Source: Mobula hypostoma
Taxonomy: Eukaryota
DNA: 64,000 bases
Direction: 5' to 3'
Assembly (NCBI RefSeq): GCF_963921235.1
Contig: NC_086118.1
Coordinates: 13,518,001 to 13,582,000, forward strand
Part shown: one piece after another, positions 26,893 through 40,138 of the stretch
Numbering within the stretch: position 1 is the stretch's first letter
Layout of the letters: each line of letters starts with the position of its first letter
Notes under the pieces: model-generated
Seen by the model: only the letters and a program-made list of their open reading frames with translations
Database searches by the model: none
Told to the model about the DNA's origin: nothing
Position numbers and translations under genes: made by a program

Positions 26893-27145
26893 ATAGTCAT
26901 AGTCATAGTCATACTTTATTAATCCCGGGGGAAATTGGCTTTTGTTACAGTTGCTCCATAAATAATAAATAGTAATAGAACTATAAATAGTTAAATAGTA
27001 ATATGTAGATTATGCCAGTAAATTATGAAATAAGTCCAGGACCAGCCTATTGGCTCAGGATGTCTGACCCTCCAAGGGAGGAGTTGTAAAGTTTGATGGC
27101 CACAGGCAGGAATGACTTCCTATTACGCTCAGTGCTGCATCTCGG
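26893..27145 (-). mobile_element. 3' end of a second Rex1 subfamily, nested
   Basis: Near-identical to 38138-38370: (CATAGT)n tail and ERNRKSFLPVAIKLYN. Confidence 0.88.
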
Positions 27146-28174
27146 TTGGCATATCTCACTCTTGTACGCCCTCTCATCACCACCTGAGATTCTATCAACG
27201 ATGGTTGTATCGTCAGCAAGTTTATGGATGGTATTTGAGCTATGCCTAGCCACACGATCATGTGTATATAGAGAGTAGAGCAGTGGGCTAAGCACGCACA
27301 CCTGAGGTGCATCAGTGTTGATCGTCAGCGAGGATTAGATGTTGTCACCAATCTGCACAGATTATAGTCTTCCAGTTAGGAAGTCAAGGATCCAATTGCA
27401 GAGGGAGATACAGAGGCCCAGGTTTTGCAACTTCTCAATCAGGATTGTGGGAAGGATGGTATTAAATGCTGAGCTATAGTTGATGAACAGCATCCTGACG
27501 TAGGTGTTGGTGTTGTCCAGCTGGTCTAAAGCTGTGTGAAGAGCCATTGACATTGCATCTGCCATTGACCTATTGTAGCGATAGGCAAATTACAATTGGT
27601 CCAGGTCCCTGCTAAGGCAGGAGTTCATTCTAATCATGGCCAACCTCTCAAAGCATTTCTTCACTGTAGATGTGAGTGCTACCGGGAGATAGTCATTAAT
27701 GCAGCTCACATTATTCTTCTTAGGCACTGGTATAATTGTTGCCTTTTTGAAGCAAGTGGGAACATCCACCCATAGCAGTGAGAAGTTGAAAATGTCCTTG
27801 AATACTCCCACCAGTTGGTTGGCACAAGTTTTCAGAGCCTCACCAGGTTCCAATCATTGGGACCTTCCACCTTACGAGGGTTCACTCTCTTTAAAGACAG
27901 CCTAACATCGGCCTCTGAGACAGAGATCACAAGATCATCAGGTGCAGCAGGGATTTTCACAGCGGTAGTTATATTCTCCCTTTCAAAGTGGGCATGGAAG
28001 GCGTTGAGTTCATCTGATAGTGAAGCGTTGTTGCCATTCATGTTATTGAGTTTCACTTCGTAGGAAGTAATGTCTTGCAAACCCTGCCAGAGTTGTTGTG
28101 CATCCAATGTCACCTCCAACCTCGTTCGAAATTGTCTCTTCACTTTTGAAATAGCCCTCCACAAATCATCACTC

Positions 28175-28966
28175 ACAACATGCTGGAGGATCTCAGCAGG
28201 TCGGGCAGTATCCGTGGAAACAATGAGTCGACGTTTCAGGCCGGAACCCTTCATCAGGACTGTAGAGGGAAGGGCCCCTATAAAGAAAGTGGGGGGAGGG
28301 TGGGAAGGAGAAGGCTGGTAGGTTCCAGGTGAAAAACCAGTAAGGGGAAAGACAAAGGGGTGGGGAGGGGAAGTAGGGAGGTGATAGGCAGGAAAAGTGA
28401 AGAAGGAATAGGGGAAAACACAATGGGCAGTAGAAAGAGACGGAACCATGAGGGAGGTGATAGGCAGCTGGGGGAGGGAGCAGAGTGAAATAGGGATAGA
28501 GGAAGGGAGGGGGAGGGAATTACCAGAAGTTAGAGAATTCTATGTTCATACCAAGAGGCTGGAGACTACCTATACAGTATATGAGGTGTTGCTCCTCCAA
28601 CCTGAGTTTAGCCTCATCATGGCGGTAGAGGAGGCCAAGTGTGGACATATCTGAATGGGAGTGGGAAGCAGAGTTGAAGTGGGCGTCTACCAGGAGATCC
28701 TGTATATTGAGGTGGACGGAGCGGAGGTGCTTGATGAAGCGGTCCCCCAATCTGCGTTGGGTTTCACTGATGTAGAGGAGGCCGCACTGGGAGCTCCGAA
28801 TGCAATAGATCACCCCAACAGACTCACAAGTGAAGTGTTGCCTCACCTGCAAGGACTATTTGGGGCCCTGAATGGTTGCAAGAGAGGAGGTGTAGGGACA
28901 GGTGTAGCACTTACGCTTACAGGGATAAGTGCTGGGTGGGAGATCCGTGGGGAGGGACATGTGGAG
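28175..28966 (-). mobile_element. Penelope-like element 3' portion (GIY-YIG plus pseudo-LTR)
   Basis: PCKRKCYTC and VIYCIRSSQCGLLYISETQRRLGDRFIKH...LEEQHLI...GMNIEF, with an intact hammerhead near the end. Confidence 0.92.
28226..28261 (-). ncRNA. Minimal type I hammerhead ribozyme, intact core
   Basis: Reverse complement reads AGTC-CTGATGA-AGGGTTCCGGCCT-GAAAC-GTC-GACT. Stem I is AGTC/GACT; predicted cleavage falls between 28230 and 28229. Confidence 0.8.
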
Positions 28967-30876
28967 CAGGAAGCTGGTTAAAATCTCCCAAAACAATGGT
29001 GAAGGGGTTACGGTGTGCTGTTTCGTGCATGTTGATCCCATTGCTCAGATCATTTAAAGCCTGATTGACATTGGCTTGAGGTGGAATGCATACTGCTACC
29101 AAAATGACCCTGAAGTACCCTTGTGGTAGGTAAAAAGGATGGCACTTAACTGCTAGATATTCCAGGTCTGGTGAGCAGAATTGGGACAGCACTGATATAT
29201 TTGTGCATCAAGAAGAGTTGATCATGAGGCATACTCCTCCACCTCTGCTTTTGAGAGATTCTATAGATTATCCTGATGGTGAATAGTAAACCCATCAATC
29301 TGAATCGCTGCATCCGGTACAGAAGGGCTTAACCAGGATTCCCTGAAACAAAGGACGCACGCCGTCCTAATGTCCCTCTGATTCAGCACCCTAGCTCTGA
29401 GATCATCAGTTTTATTCACCAGAGAGTGCACGCTTGCCAGCAAGATAGTCAGCATTGGGAGTTTAAAACCCCATTTCCTTAAACGCACCTGTACACCTGA
29501 TCTACAGTCACGCTTCCTCCGTGGAATCCTATGTAGACTCTTCTGTCCACAGTCAGTATTGTTTCCATCAGTTTTACGCAACGATAGTTTGTTTAAATGC
29601 ATTAAGACATTTTTGTTGACTGTACTGATCTTGGAAACAGTCGTGCTTTTCAGCTGTATCAGGCTGAAATGAGAGTATTTAATCGCATCCATTGAGAGTA
29701 CTGCTGATACTCGAGTCACCCCTTAGGCGCCATCACAGGTAATGCCCTCCCAACCACTGAGCACATCTACTTGAAACTCTGTCCTAGGAAAGCAGCATCC
29801 ATCATCAGGGATCCCCACCACCCAGGATATACTGTCTTCTCATTGTTACCATCAGGAAAGGAAGAAGGTACAAGAGCCACAGGACTCGCACCACCACGTT
29901 CAGGAACAATTGCTACCACTCAACCATCAAGCTCTTGAACCAAAGGGGATAACTTCGTTCAACTTCACTTGCCGCATCACTGAAATGTTCCCGCAACCAA
30001 TGGACTCACATTCAAGGACTTTTCATCTCATGTTCTTAATATTTATTTCTTATTTCTTCATATGGTTTATTCATTTTTTATTTGCACAGTTTGTTGTCTT
30101 CTACACACTGGTTGCAACATTCTGGTTGGGTGTTCTTTCATTGATTTTGTTATGGTTATTACTCTATAGATTTATTGACTATGCAAACAAAAATGAATCT
30201 CAGGGTTTTATATAATGACATTTATGTACTTTGATAATAAATTTCTCCTTGAACTTTAAAAAACAACAACTTATTGCTCTTCTCTGCGTTATGCCCTGAA
30301 GAATGTTACTGTAGAATGTTGACTTCAAGGCACATCGATATTCCATAAGACCATAAGACTCTAAGACATAGGAGCAGAATTAGGCTATCTGGCCCATTGA
30401 GTCTGCTCCACCATTCAATCATGACTGATCTTTATTTTCCCACCTCAACCTCAGTTTCCCAACATCTCCCCATAACTTTTGATGCCATGTCCAATCAAAA
30501 ACCTATCAATCTCTGCCTTAAATACACCCAACAACCTGGCTTCCACAGCTGCATGTGGCAACAAATTCCACGAGTTAACCAACCTTTAGCTAAAGAAGTT
30601 TCTCCGCATCTCAGTTTTGAAAGGGTGCCCCTCTATCTTGAGGCTGTGCCCTCTTGTCCTAGACTGTCCCACCATGGGAAACATCCTTTCCACATCTACT
30701 CTGTCTAGGCCTTTCAACATCCAAAAGGTTTCAATGAGATCTCCCCCTCATCCTTCTGAATTCCAGCGAGTAGAGACTCAGAGCCATCAAACGTTCCTCG
30801 TATGATAACCTTTTCATTCCTGGAATCATCTTTGTGAACCTCCTCTGGATCCTCTCCAATACAGTACATCTTTTCT

Positions 30877-33727
30877 TTCTTTTCTTTCTTTTTCAATCTT
30901 TTTATAAATTTCAAAATACAAAAACAAAACATAGCCATAATACAAATAGAAGGAGATAGATTGTTACACTTAAAAAAAGTAATTGCAAAACCAAGTAGTG
31001 GAAATTAACAAAGCTCCCAAACATGTAGAACTAACCACGGATAATACAAAGCAAAAAAAAACTGGAAAAAAAATGAAAAAGAAAAAAAATCAAAAAAAAA
31101 AACCCCATCCCCAAAGAAAAACAAAATTAATCAACTAAACTAAAAGACTTGGGCAAAACTAACAACTTAAAAATGGAAAAGAAGAAAACCTTGGCGTCGA
31201 CGACTCCAATCCCCTCCAACAACAGTACAGAGGGATAAAACAAGTTTGGAAATGATCAAATTACATCAAATGAAAATGCTGAATGAATGGCCTCCAAGTT
31301 TTTTCAAACTTAATGGAAGGGTCATAAACTGCACTTCTAATTTTCTCCAAATTCAAACACACCATAGTTTGTGAAAACCAATGAAATACAGTAGGAGGGT
31401 TGATCTCTTTCCAATTCAGCAAAATGGGCCTTCTAGCTATTAAAGTAAGAAATGCAATCATCCTTCATGATGAAGAGGTTAAATTATTTAAGTCTATCAT
31501 TGGTAATCCAAAGATAGCAGTAATTGGATGAGGCTGTAAGTCTATATTTAGGACCGTTGAAATAATATCAAAAATATCTTTCTAATATTTCTCCAACAAG
31601 GGACATGACCAAAACATGTGGGTTAAAGAAGCTATCTCGGAATGACATCTGTCACATATTGGATTAATATAAGAGTAATAACGAGATAGTTTATCTTTGG
31701 ACATATGAGTCCTGTGCACTACTTTAAACTGCATCAACCTATGCTTAGCACATACAGAGGATGAATTCACCAACTGAAGAATTTTTCCCCATTTTTCAGT
31801 CGGTATATTAATCTCAAGTTCTCTTTCCCAGTCAGCTTTAATTTTATTAGAAGCATCAGGACATAAATTCATAATTATATTATATATAATTGCTACTACA
31901 CTTTTCTGAGAGAGATTTAAATCTAAGATTTTTTCCAAAGTGTCCATTGGATATGGATGTGGAAAATTAGGGGAGACAGTAATTAAAAAGTTTCTAATCT
32001 GTAGGTATCTAAAAAAGTGAGATCTGGGTAAGTTATATTTATTAGAGAGTTGATCAAAAGACATAAAACAGTTATCCAAGAATAAATCGCGAAAAGATAT
32101 TATACCGTCGGTTTTCCAATCTAAGTTTGATCCATCTTGGCAGGTTGAAAAAGAAAATTTGATATAATGGGACTTGCTAGAATAAATTGATTAAACCCAA
32201 AAATTCTTCGGAATTGAAACCATATACGTAAAGTATGCTTAACAATTGGGTTGTTCATTTGTTTATATGATTTAAAAGAAGTGAAAGGAAGTAAAGTTCC
32301 TAAAACCGAACCCAAGGAAAACCCTTGTAATGAATTAGATTCAAGATTTACCCAATGAGGGTTTAAAGATGCGTCCAAGTCTTGTAACCAAAATTTTAAA
32401 TATCGAATATTAATTGCCCAATAATAGAATCTAAAATTCGGGAGGGCGAGCCCCCCCTCCTTTTTAGATTTCTGTAGATACCTTTTACCTTACCTAGGAT
32501 TTTTATTCTGCCAAATATATGAGGAAATTTTTGAATCTACGTTATCAAAAAAAGATTTTGGGATAAAAATTGGAACCAATTGGAATATATACAAAAATTT
32601 GGGCAAAATGATCATCTTAATAGCATTGATCCGGCCAATCAAAGACAAAGAGATTGGGGACCATTTGGTAAATAAAAGTTTAATCTGATCAATTAAAGGT
32701 AAAAAAAATTAGCTTTAAATAAATCTTTATATTTTTTCGTAATTGTTATCTCTAAATATATAAATGAATCAGTAACCAATTTAAATGGTAAACGTCCATA
32801 AATAGGTACATGCTTATTTAAAGGGAATAATTCACTCTTACTAAGATTCAATTTGTAACCAGAGAAGTTACTAAATTGAGCTAACAGATCTAGGATAGCA
32901 GGAATTGACTTCTCCAGGTTAGAGATGTATAACAACGAATCATCTGCATATAATGATAATTAATGTATTTCGTTTCCACGTGTAATACCAACAATATTTG
33001 GCGAGTCACGAATAGCAATTGCTAAAGGTTCAAGAGCAATATTAAATAGTAAAGGACTAAGAGGGCAACCTTGCCTAGTACCACGAAAAGGACGAAAAAA
33101 AGGAGATCTATAATTATTTGTACAAACCGAGGCTACCGGGGAGTAATATAACAATTTAATCCAAGATATAAATGTCAAATTAAAATTAAATTTCTCAAGA
33201 ACATTAAATAAATGAGGCCATTCAACTCTGTCAAAGGCTTTCTCAGCATCTAATGAGATAATACATTCCAGGGTGTAAACAATATTCATTAACCTCCTAG
33301 TATTAAAGGATGAATAGCGATTTTTAATAAATCTGGTTTGATCCATAGAAATAATTTGAGGTAACACCTTCTCCAGTCTAGTTGCTAGAATTTTTGAAAA
33401 AACTTTAGAGTCTACATTCAGAAGAGATATCGGTCTGTATGATGCACAATCAGTAGGATCTTTATTCTTTTTAAGAATTAAGGAAATAGAGGCTTCATAA
33501 AATGATTGTGGTGATTTACCTAAACTGATTGCTTCCTTGAATATTCTAGACAACTTAGAAGAAAGAATGGAGGAAAAAAATGTTTTAAATTCCACTGTAA
33601 ACCCATCCGGATCGGGTGCTTTACCGGAATTCAATGATGAGATTGCAGTTATTATTTCTTCCTCTGAAATGGAAGTTTCTAATGATAGGCAATCTTCAGG
33701 TGATAGTTTCCGGAAAACTCAATTTAC
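30877..33727 (-). mobile_element. L1-clade LINE, 5'-truncated (RT plus C-terminal CCHC)
   Basis: YRPISLLNVDSK, SLDAEKAFDRVEW, RGTRQGCPLSPLLF and CDRC...LTHMFWSC, with an A-rich tail. Probable TSD is TACATCTTTTCT (30865-30876) / TACACCTTTTCT (33728-33739). Confidence 0.93.
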
Positions 33728-34091
33728 TACACCTTTTCTAAGTGAGGGGCCGAAAACTGTTCACAATACTCAAGGTGAGGCCTCACCAGTGCCTTATAAA
33801 GCCTCAGCATCACATCCTTGCTCTTGAAATGAATGATAACATGGCATTCGTCTTCCTCACCACCAACTTAACCAGGAAGTTAACTTTCAGGGTGTTCTGC
33901 ATAAGGACTCCCAAGTCCCTCTGCGTCTCAGATTTCTGGATTTTCTCCCATTTAGAAAATAGTCTGCATGTTTATTGCTACTACCATGTATTTTCCAACA
34001 TTGCATTTCATTTGCCACTTTCTTGCCCATTCTCCAAATTTATATAAGTCCTTCTGCCTGTTAAGTCCTACCTGTTTCATCAACACTACCT

Positions 34092-34664
34092 TTCCCTTGG
34101 TTCCAAGGTTGTCAAGCCGAGGAGTGGTAGTGGGGACAAGCTTCCACTACCTAAAAGTTCTCCTCAAATAGCATCTGACAACCAAGTCCAACTACTGGCC
34201 TTCTCGTGTGGCTTAGCCTCTAAGCCCGGCGGAACTGTTTCTACTGACAAGAGAAGGGTGAAGGTGGTTCCTGGCATCTTAAAACCAGTGCTTTGGGTAG
34301 ATGGAGCTCATCAGCCTGGGAAAGCAGTCCATCTAAGAGAGGGAAAACTCTGATTTCAAACCTCCACTGCCTTGGGGCCATACCCAGTCATGGGAAAGGC
34401 TTCAGGAGTAAACCTTGAGGACAAATCTGGAGCTGAAGTCCCTAAGGCAGTCCGATGTTGCTTTCAACCTCGTTCTGGCAACTCCTGCGACGACACTGGT
34501 GCCAAGCTGTATCGGCCCTTGCCCTTCCCTTGGACAACATCGGTGTCTTGGAGAGGGGAGACTTGCTGCATGGGCAACTGCCGGTCTTCCATACAACCTT
34601 GCCCAGGCCTGAGCCCTGGAAACTTTCAGGCCCAGATCCATGGTCTCGTGAGACTAACGGATGC
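34092..34664 (+). mobile_element. Non-autonomous ~570-bp retroposon (RTE-UTR-like) inserted in CR1
   Basis: GC-richer block that interrupts CR1 in register, with CACTACCT/CACCACCT flanks. GGGAAAACTCTGATTTCAAACCTCC resembles RTE 5' UTR motifs. No protein. Confidence 0.6.
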
Positions 34665-36995
34665 CACCACCTGCCCCTCCACCAATCTTTGTATGGTCTG
34701 CAAACTTGGTAACAAAGTCATCTATTGCATCATCTAAATCATTTATTTACAGCATAAAAAGAAGTGGTCCCAACACTGACCCCTGCGGAACATCACTAGT
34801 CACTAGCAGCCAACCAGAAAAGGATCCTTTTATTCCCACTCGCTGCCTCCTACCAATCAGCCAATGCTCTAACCCTGTTAGTAACTTTCCTGTACTACCA
34901 TGGGATCTTAAGCTGGTAAGCAGCCTCATGTGTGGCACTTTGTCAAAGGCTTTCTGAAAGTCTAAATATACAACATCCACCGCATCCCCTTTACCTATCC
35001 TACTTGTAATCTCCTCAAAGAATTCCAACAGGTTCGTCAGACAGGATTTTCCCTGAAGTCACTAAGTACTCCATCAGCTCGTCCTTAACAATTTAATCTA
35101 ACATCTTCCCATCCACTGAGATCAGGCTAACTGGTCTATAATTTCCTTTGTGCTGCCTTCCTCCTTTCTTAAAGAGTGGAGTGGCTTTTGCAATTTTCCA
35201 ATCCTCTGGCACCATACAAGAGTCCAATGATTTTTGTAAGATAATTTCTAATGCCACCACAATCTCTAATGCTACATTTCTCAGAACCCTGGTGTGCAGT
35301 TCATCTGGTCCAGGTGACTTATGTACCTTTAGGTCTTTTAGCTTTATGAGCACCTTCTCTCTTGTCATAGCAACTGCACCCACACACTACAACATCAGGC
35401 ATACTGTTAGTGTCTTCCACAGTGAAGACTGATGCAAAATACTCATTTAGTTCATCTGACATCTCCTTTGCCCCCATTATTATTTCTTCTGCCTCATTTT
35501 CTAGCGGTCCTATATCCACTCTCATTTCTCTTTTACTTTTAACATACTTGAAAAATATTTTACTATCTACTTTGATATTACTTGCAAATTTGCTTTCATA
35601 TTTCATCTTTTCCATTCTAATAATTTTCTTAGTTGCTCTCTGTAGGTTTTTAAAAACTTCCCAAACCTCTATCTTCCCACTAATTTTTGCTTTGTTGTAT
35701 GCCCTTTCTTTTTCCTTTACAGTAGCTCTGACTTCCCTTGTCAGCATAGTTGTACTCTTTTACCGTTTGAGTATTTCTTAATTTTTGGAATACATTTGTC
35801 CTGCACCTTCTTCATTTTCCCCAGAAATTCATGCCATTGCTGCTCTGCTGACATCCATACCAGCAGCTCCTTCCAATTTACTTTGGCCAACTCCTCTCTC
35901 ATACCACTGTAATGTTCCTTACTCCACCTAAATACTGCTACATCAGACTTTACTTTCTCCATATCAAATTTCAAGTTGAACTCAATCATATTATGATCAC
36001 TGTTTCCTAAGGGTTCTTTTACCTTAAGCTCCCTAATCACCTCTGGTTCATTGTATAACACCCAATCCAGTGTAGCTGATCCCCTAGTAGGCTGAATGTC
36101 AAACTGCTCTAAAAAGCTATCTCTTAGGCATTCAACAAACTCACTCTCTTGAGATTCATGATCAACCTGATTTTCTGAATCTACATGCATGTTAAAATCT
36201 CCCATGACTGTCATAACATTGCCCTTTTGACTCGCCTTTTCTATTTCCTGTTGTAACCTGTGGTCCACCTCCCAGCCACTGTTGGGAGGCCTATATATAA
36301 CTGTCATTAACGTCCTTTTACCCTTGCAGTTTCTTCCGATCTTATGTCACATCTTTCTACTGATTTGATGCCATTCTTTACCAGTAGAGCCACACCACCC
36401 CCTCTGCCTGCCTTCCTATCTCTCTCATATAATGTGTGACCTTAGATATTCAGCTCCCAACTACAACCATCCTTCAGCCACGATTCAGTGATGGCCACAA
36501 CATCATATCTGGCAATCTGTAATAGTGCAACAAGATCATCCACCTTATTTCTTATACTACGCACAGTTAGATACAACACCTTGAGTACCGTATTACAACA
36601 TCTTGATACCATATTCTTAGCTAGATTTTTTATGAAAACTTTATCAAATACCCCCTAAAAACTTAGATAAACAACATCTGCAGCAACCCCTTCAACAGTC
36701 TTCTTTGCTGCCTCATTTACAAACTCAGTAATGTAAGTTGAACATAGTTTGGCTTTAACGAATCCATTCTGAATCTCATCTATTCACTGAACTTTTCAAG
36801 TGCTCATTAACATTTATTTCCTTATTATATTTCGTGAAAAGTTATGTGGGGAGCAGGAAGGGGGCTGGGTTTGAACAGGGATAAAGAATGTAATCTTTGT
36901 ATGAAAAGAAAAAGCTATAGCCCATGTACTGAAAGAATGCTTTATGTATTTGTTAGGGTTTATTTTCATCCTGCAGTGATGTGCTTTACTGGTTA

Positions 36996-37239
36996 AGAAA
37001 AAAATCATGACAAGCTTTTTGCACCGATCTTATTGGTGTGCTCATCGTACGGCGTGTCCTAGGCATCTGAAACCTGGCGGAGCCCATCCCTCTCCAGGTT
37101 TTTTTTTTACGAGGTCGAGTTGTTAGCTCGACAATCAACCCAAGCACAGATGGAGAGCGTGCAAGGGAGCCGGCCAGATTCGAACTCGGGACCTCTCGCC
37201 CCAAAGTCCAGCGCTGGTGCCACTATACCACCAGCCGAC
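36996..37239 (-). mobile_element. tRNA-derived SINE
   Basis: Reverse complement has an A box (TGGTATAGTGG), a B box (GTTCGAATC), a GTCGAG...CTCGAC hairpin, an internal A-tract and a terminal T-run. Confidence 0.8.
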
Positions 37240-37895
37240 AGGTACAGTATATAGGGTCATAAAGAGAGCTTTTGGCACATTGGCCTTCATAAATCAAATA
37301 CTGAGTACAGGAGTTGAGATGTTATGTTGAACTTGTATAAGATACTAGTGAGGCTTAATTTGAGTATTGTGTGCAGTTCTGGTCACCTACCTACGGAAAA
37401 GGTATCAATAAGATTGACAGAATGCAGAGACAATTTACAGTGTCTTTGCTGGTACTTGAGGACCCGAGTTATAGGTGAAGGATTAATAGATCAGGACTTT
37501 ATTTCCTGGAGTGTAGGAGAATGAGGAGAGATTTGATAGGATAAATGTAAGCAGGCTTTTTCCACTGAGGTTGGGTGAGACTAGAACTAGGGGTCATGGG
37601 TTAAGTGTGAAAGGTTAATGTTTAAGAAGAACATGAGGGAGAACTTTTGAACCTCTAAACCTTTGAACTTCTTCACTTAGAGAGTGATGAGAGTGTAGAA
37701 TGAGCTGCCAGAGGAAGTGCTGGACGTGGGTTTGATTTCGGTATTTAAAGAGAAATTTGGAAAGTACGTACAGTGGACAGAGGGGTATGGGGGACTACGG
37801 TCCACCTGTAGGTCCAGGCAAATTAATAGTTTGTCATGGACTAGCTGGGCAAATGAGCCTATTTCTGGCTGTAGTGTTCTATGATTCTATGTTGT
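37240..37895 (+). mobile_element. CR1 3' fragment
   Basis: Colinear with 19017-19680 (MLNLYKILVR..., TTCTATGATTCTATG tail). Confidence 0.88.
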
Positions 37896-38137
37896 GGTTA
37901 TAATCAGGTCAGCCGTGATCTGATTATATGGCTGAGCAAGTTCAAGGACCAAGCAACCTATTTCAACCCTAATTCATATGCATCTATGTACTGAGCAAAT
38001 CCTGCCATCTTTCAAGTGTATATTCTCAGGTGAATGCAGCAGATCCCAATGGCACTTGTCACCAGTGCCTTTGCCAATATTTAGCCCTCAATTACTTACT
38101 ACTAATAGGATTATAATCACATTATTTGGATATTTTC

Positions 38138-40138
38138 ATAGTCATACTTTATTGATCCCGGGGGAAATTGGTTTTTGTTACAGTTGCTCCATAAATAATA
38201 AATAGTAATAAAACCATAAATAGTTAAATAGTAATATGTAAATTATACCAGGAAATAAGTCCAGGACCAGCCTATTGGCTCAGGGTGTTTGACCCTCCAA
38301 GGGAGGAGTTGTAAAGTTTGATGGCCACAGGCAGGAATGACTTCCTATGACGCTCTGTGTTGCATCTCGGTGGAATGAATCTCTGGCTGAATGTACTCCT
38401 GTGCCCACCCAGTACATTATGTAGTGGATGGGGGGCAGTGTCCAAGATGGCATGCAACTTAAACAGCATCCTCTTTTCAGACACCACCGTCAGAGAGTCC
38501 AGTTCCATCCCCACAACATCACTGGCCTTTCGAATGAGTTTGTTGATTCTGTTGGTGTCTGCCACTCTCAGCCTGCTGCCCCAGCACACAACAGCAAACA
38601 TGATAGCACTGGCCACCACAGACTCATAGAACATCCTCAGCATCGTCCGGCAGATGTCAAAGGACCTCAGTCTCCTCAGGAAATAGAGACGGCTCTAACC
38701 CTTCTTGTAGACAGCCTCAGTGTTCTTTGACCAGTCCAGTTTATTGTCAATTCGTATCCCCAGGTATTTGTAATCCTCCACCATGTCCACACTGACCCTC
38801 TGGATGGAAACAGGGGTCACCGGTACCTTAACTCTCCTCAGGTCTACCACCAGCTCCTTAGTCTTTTTCACATTAAGCTGCAGATAATTCTGCTCACACC
38901 ATGTGACAAAGTTTCTTACCGTAGCCCTGTACTCGACCACATCTCCCTTGCTAATGCATCCAACTATGGCAGAGTCATCAGAAAACTTCTGAAGATGACA
39001 AGACTCTGTGCATTAGTTGAAGTCCGAGGTGTAAACGGTGAAGAGAAAGGGAGATAAGACAGTCCCCTGTGGAGCCCCAGTGCTGCTGATCACTCTGTCG
39101 GACACACAGTGTTGCAAGCACATGTACTGTGGTCTGCCAGTCAGGTAATCAAGAATCCATGACACCAGGGAAGCATCCACCTGCATCGCTGTCAGCTTCT
39201 CCCCCAGCAGAGCAGGGCAGATGGTGTTGAACGCACTGGAGAAGTCAAAGAACATGACCCTCACAGTGCTCGCTGGCTTGTCCAGGTGGGCTTAGACACG
39301 GTTCAGCAGGTAGACAATGGCATCCTCAACTCCTAGTCGGGGCTGGTAGGCGAACTGAGGGGATCTAAGTGTGGCTTGACCATAGGCCGGAGCAGCTCCA
39401 GAACAAGTCTCTCCAGGGTCTTCATGATGTGGGAGGTCAATGCCACCGGTCTGTAGTCATTGAGGCCGCTGGGGCGCGGCGTCTTCGGCACAGGGACGAG
39501 GCAGGACGTCTTCCACAGTACAGGAACCCTATGGAGCCTCAGGCTCAGGTTGAATACATGGTGAAGTACTTCACGTAGCTGAGGGGCACAGGCTTTGAGC
39601 ACCCTGGTACTGACACCATCCGGTCCTGCAGCCTTGTTTGGGTTGAGACGTTTCAGCTGTCTTCTCACCTGTTCAGCTGTGAAGCCCACCATGGTGATTT
39701 CATGTGGGGGAGGGGTATAGTCATGAGAGCAGGGTGGGGGACTGTGAGGAGGGGTAGGAGGGGAGAATGGACTATGTGTTGGTTGGGGGCCGACAACAGA
39801 TGGCTCATGTGGGGGATGGGCAGGGGCTACAATGTCAAATCTGTTGAAGAACAGGTTAAGTTCATTGGCCCTGTCCACACTACCTTCAGTTCCTCTGTTG
39901 CTAGTTTGCCGGAACCCAGTGATGGTCCTCATCCCCCTCCAGACCTCTCTCATGTTGTTCTGCTGGAGTTTCCACTCAAGCTTCCTCCTGTACCTGTCTT
40001 TTGCCTCCCTGATCCTGGCTTTCAGGTCCCTCTGTATTTCCCTCAGCTCCTCCCTATTTCCATCTCTAAACACCCTCTTTTTAGCATTCAGCTTGTCCTT
40101 AATGTCCTTTGTCACCCATGGCTTGTTATTTGAATAAC
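38138..40138 (-). mobile_element. Young Rex1/Babar LINE, 5'-truncated
   Basis: KAAGPDGV, NDYRPVALTSHIMKTLERL, FFDFSSAFNTI, TGAPQGTVLSPFLF and YKYLG, with few disruptions. CATAGTCATA tail. Confidence 0.95.

Larger units (their letters stand above)
25764..29730 (-). mobile_element. Rex1/Babar LINE with both ends retained, internal deletions and nested insertions
   Basis: Endonuclease N-terminus LLASVHSLVNK...CFRESWL and GDFNQ. RT motifs [37 protein letters not shown] and KLADD. (AGAATC)n tail. Confidence 0.9.
25115..30255 (+). mobile_element. Old Rex1/Babar fragment split into 25115-25763 and 29731-30255
   Basis: RT motifs (HSSNAIFKFANDTT, KTKELMIDFRR). The sequence resumes in register after the nested element (GCCCAGTCTATCA / CCATCACAGGT) and ends in an AATAAA-containing 3' UTR. 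Confidence 0.8.
30345..36592 (-). mobile_element. Long CR1 LINE (almost all of ORF2, decayed) hosting an L1 and a non-autonomous element
   Basis: Endonuclease motifs AITESWL, IYRPPN, GDFN and NSDHN. RT motifs KSPGPDELH, YLDFQKAFDKVPH and PQGSVLGP. (CATAAGAC)n tail at 30345. Confidence 0.93.

Noticed and set aside
34195..34260. HDV/CPEB3-like ribozyme as a called feature
   Set aside because: The L3-like heptamer is present, but P1, P2 and P3 pairings could not be completed; it is kept only as a structural finding.
37150..37239. Functional tRNA gene
   Set aside because: It has A and B boxes but no convincing cloverleaf or acceptor stem, and it continues into a SINE body.
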